64,000 bases of DNA from contig JBHGNT010000018.1 of assembly GCA_043228905.1 (NCBI GenBank), positions 13,702,001 through 13,766,000 of the forward strand, in the 5' to 3' direction. The stretch comes from Azolla caroliniana (taxonomy: Eukaryota > Plantae > Polypodiophyta). The position numbers and the translations under genes are program-made. Shown one piece after another: positions 60,423 through 64,000 of this stretch. Every line of letters starts with the position of its first letter. Position 1 is the first letter of the stretch. A model generated the notes under the pieces. The model did no database searches and was not told the origin of the DNA. It was given only the letters and a program-made list of their open reading frames with translations.

Positions 60423-63400
60423 TGTCATGATATGGCAAGACTCGAACCCATGACCTTATGCTACATGGGTCGAGCTCTTGACCATTAGACTATACATTGT
60501 AATACATAGAATATTATTTTCATTTATGTTTTATTATAGAAAATTGATGTATATTCCAGATTTCTCTGGAACATTCTAGAAACTTCAAGAGTATTCCTTA
60601 GAACACTATAAAAGGAGGCACAAGGCATTATTTCGAACCAAATCGATTCAATGCCAGTCTTAAGCCTCCTAGCTACTGTACATTTTCTTCAAATAATATA
60701 TATCTTTTCTTATCATCACTCTCTCTCTCTCTCGATCTCTCTCTCCCTCCCTCTCACTCACTCTTTCCTTCTCTCGAGAGTTCTTCACCTCTCTTAGTAC
60801 TAATACTTCTTTTAGTACTAATTCCTTCTCTGTCTTAGTACTGTTCCTGACAGTTTGAACCGATTTGCCTACCTTCTGTCTCTCTCATTTCCTACTAATC
60901 TCTTATTCCTCTTTTCTTTCATCCCATAGCCACTGTTAGTGCTAAAGAATATCAATCTATTTTTTCGGAATTTCAATGCTTGAAAGAGAAGTTCCATGCT
61001 TTGGAACAAGAAAACCAACGGTTGTTGGGGGATCTTCAGCAAATCTCCTTAGAAAAGTAGTAAACGCAACAACAGCATGGGGAACTTGCGTTACGTGTGC
61101 AACAACTTGAAGCCACCATCGTAGCGATTCAACAACAAGGGCCCAGAACACAAGGGATTCATAAAGAACCCAAGATTGGCCTTCCCACAAAGTTTGATGG
61201 AACGCGATCGAAGTTTAGAGGGTTCCTTAACCAGGTACGATTAGTTATTCAAATGCATCCTTCCCGATATCCCACCGATGCATCACGAGTGGGTTTAGTA
61301 GGCACTTTGTTAAGTGGCTCAGCGTTGGCATGGTTCGCTCCAATATTAGAAAAGGAATCTCCGTTACTCAACAATTTTGAAGAGTTTCTAGGTGAGTTTA
61401 AAGCATGTTTCGGAGATACTGACAACATCAGAACCGCAATCAACAAAATTCAGCGATTACGCCAAGGTGACCGTCCAGCCTCTGCATACGCTGCAGATTT
61501 TCGCCTACTCGCCGCCGATATCCCTTGGGATGATCAAGCATTGATGGAGCAATTCCGTTATGGTTTACGCAACGACATCAAGGATTTACTCTTGACCTTC
61601 CCTGAAGAGCCAAAGTCCTTAACAGAAGCAATCAGTCGCGCGGTGAGATGTGACAACCGCCTCTTTGAGCGACGTTCGGAATGACAGCTACAAATGCCGA
61701 GGGCAGGATCAGAGCCCACCTACGCCTCAGGGGTATCAAGACCTTTTCCGAGGGAGTCATATAATGCGCCTCCAGCGAATACTCTGACTCCGATGGAGAT
61801 TGACACTACACGTCGTTGAGGGCCATTATCCGAAGAAGAAAAGCAGCGACGCCGTACAAATCGACTATGTCTTTACTGCGGTGGACTAGGACATATTGCA
61901 ATAAATTGCCCCCATAGGCCAAGAAGACAGGTAAACCAAATAGTCACTAGTTCTAATTGTACTAAACCCGAGCCTATTTCAGTAGGGATATCTGATAGTC
62001 CTAATAGTACTAATAGCCCAGATCTAGCGAACAGATTTGATGTCCTTAGTCAGTTAGAAGAAGAGTTAAACGACTAAGTTCAGCCAAAATAGGATTCGTT
62101 TGGTTGGACAGCCCTAGATTTGTGCAGCCCATTAGTGGTTCCATTCCCTCTAAGCAAGTTAGTGATGTGTTCGTAGCCCAAGTAATAGTTAGTACTAAAA
62201 GTACCCCTCCAGTACCTTTATGGATAAGAAATTTGCTCAAGCTCATAAGATATCCCTAAGAAAACTCCAGTGTCCAGCCTCTGTAGTAGTCATTGATGGA
62301 CGTCCCATTGCTTCCGGAAATATCATAGAAGAGTCAGAGCCCATTAATATTGTCCTAGATAACTTAGCATGTGTAGTATCATTTAATATTATTAGTATCC
62401 CAGAACATCCCATAGTTTTAGGATTACCGTGGTTCGAGTTCCATAACCCAGACATAGATTGGAGAATAAGAGAAATCCGGTGTCGACAAACCCAAGGGTC
62501 AACTCAGAAGATGGCAACCATTTCACTATGTCAGCTATGTTAGTTGCGTAAAGAAGGGCGCAAGGAAGAAATGTTCCTCTTTGCAATATCAGTAAACCCC
62601 TCCAGCACCACTAAAGAAGAATCCACCGTTCAACTTCCCGAGAAGTATCGTCATTACGTCGATGTGTTCGATAAAGTACAAGCCAACACAATTCCTCATC
62701 ATCGACCGTACAATTGCCCCATCGATTTACAGCCGGGAAAAGAGCCGCCATGGGGACCGATCTACAATTTGTCACCAACCGAGCTGGAAGTCCTTCGGGC
62801 CTATATAGAGGAGAATTTGGAAAATGGTTTCATTCGGCATTCGAAATCTCCAACTGGCGCGCCCATTTTCTTCGTCAAGAAAAAGGATGGATCGCTTCGT
62901 CTCGTTGTAGATTACCGTGGCCTGAATAAGGTTACAATCAGGAATAGGTATGCTCTTCCCCTTATCTCAAGTCTTTTAGAACGGATCAATGGTGCCAGGT
63001 TCTTCACGAAGATTGACTTACGTGGAGCATATAACCTCGTACGGATCCGACCAGGAGACGAATGGAAGACCACGTTTCGCACCAGATATGGGCACTTCGA
63101 GTATACGGTCATGCCGTTCGGCCTCACTAATGTGCCGACAGTCTTCCAGCACATGGCTAATGATATATTCCGAGATCTATTGGATGATTGTTTGATCATT
63201 TATTTGGATGATCTACTGGTTTATTCAAAGACCCAAGAAGAACATGATTCTCATGTACTATTAGTACTAAAACGACTTCGAGAACATGGTTTGTATGCAA
63301 AGCTGGAAAAATGTAGTTTCGGGTGCAACCAAGTGGAATTTCTCGGGTACATCATTTCGTCAGAAGGCATCTCCATGGACCCAGCTAAGGTCAAAACGGT

Positions 63401-64000
63401 GGTAGAATGGCAGACTCCGCATTCGGTGCGGGATGTGCAATGCTTCCTAGGCTTTGCCAATTTTTACCGGAAGTTCATACAAGATTACTCAAAGATCGTT
63501 CTACCTCTCACACAACTTACCAGGAAGGGACAACCGTTCATCTGTTCTGAAGAAACGGACATGGCTTTCGAGAGTCTTAAAAAGGCATTTACATCGGCTC
63601 CAATTCTAGCTCATGTCGATCCGGAAAAACCATTCATTATCGAAGTTGACGCATCGGATTTTGCATTGGGGAGCATTCTGTCACAACAGGGGAATGATGA
63701 GAAGCTACATATTGTGGCTTTTCACTCACGCAAGTTTGACACCGCCGAAATCAACTACGAAATTCATGATAAGGAGCTAATTGCAATAGTGGATTCTTTT
63801 ATGCAATGGAGGCATTATCCGGTCACTGTATTTAGTGACCACAAGAACCTTGCCTACTTTCAGGATGCTCGTGTGTTGAATCGACGTCAAGCTCGGTGGG
63901 CCCACTTCCTCACGCGTTTCGACTTCAAAATTACATATCGTCCGGGGAAGCACCAAGGGAAGGCACATGCATTATCACGGCGTTCGTATCTAGCACCCCG
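60423..64000 (+). mobile_element. Tcn1-like chromovirus M: 5' LTR 60423-60852, gag (about 60926-62077), pol running off the window
   Basis: TGTCA...TGACA; PTKFDGTRSKFRGFLNQVRL; [14 protein letters not shown]; RT KIDLRGAYNL and YLDD; RNase H; LTR homologous to 57561-57999. Confidence 0.93.

Noticed and set aside
60415-60431. Palindrome across the M insertion junction, suggesting homology-guided targeting
   Set aside because: Single instance; the sister repeat reads ATCACGAC, so a C>T change could have created it.

Overview
This window is gene-free, decayed plant-type repeat DNA made almost entirely of nested LTR retrotransposons, with a 100-N assembly gap at 54051-54150. No intact host gene is visible. 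I can delimit: one Ty3/gypsy element with a tRNA-Trp PBS; three non-chromoviral (Athila/Phygy-like) Ty3/gypsy elements, two with an extra ORF after pol, plus an orphan copy of that ORF; three Tcn1-like chromoviruses and one split solo LTR; six Ty1/copia elements or fragments; two related non-autonomous LTR elements; two solo LTRs with 4-bp TSDs; and a MITE-like DNA element. Tcn1-like chromoviruses point to a non-seed land plant such as a moss (inference). The most unusual signals are non-coding. (1) Two elements with different LTRs have no polypurine tract; instead a conserved tRNA-Arg-3'-end-like motif ending in CCA sits just before the 3' LTR. (2) The chromovirus LTRs carry an antisense tRNA-type A-box/B-box pair with conserved spacing. 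(3) The chromoviruses show covarying Tf1-type self-priming sites and a covarying -1 frameshift pseudoknot. (4) One non-autonomous element may carry a captured PPR fragment. All calls were made by eye, with no database searches.
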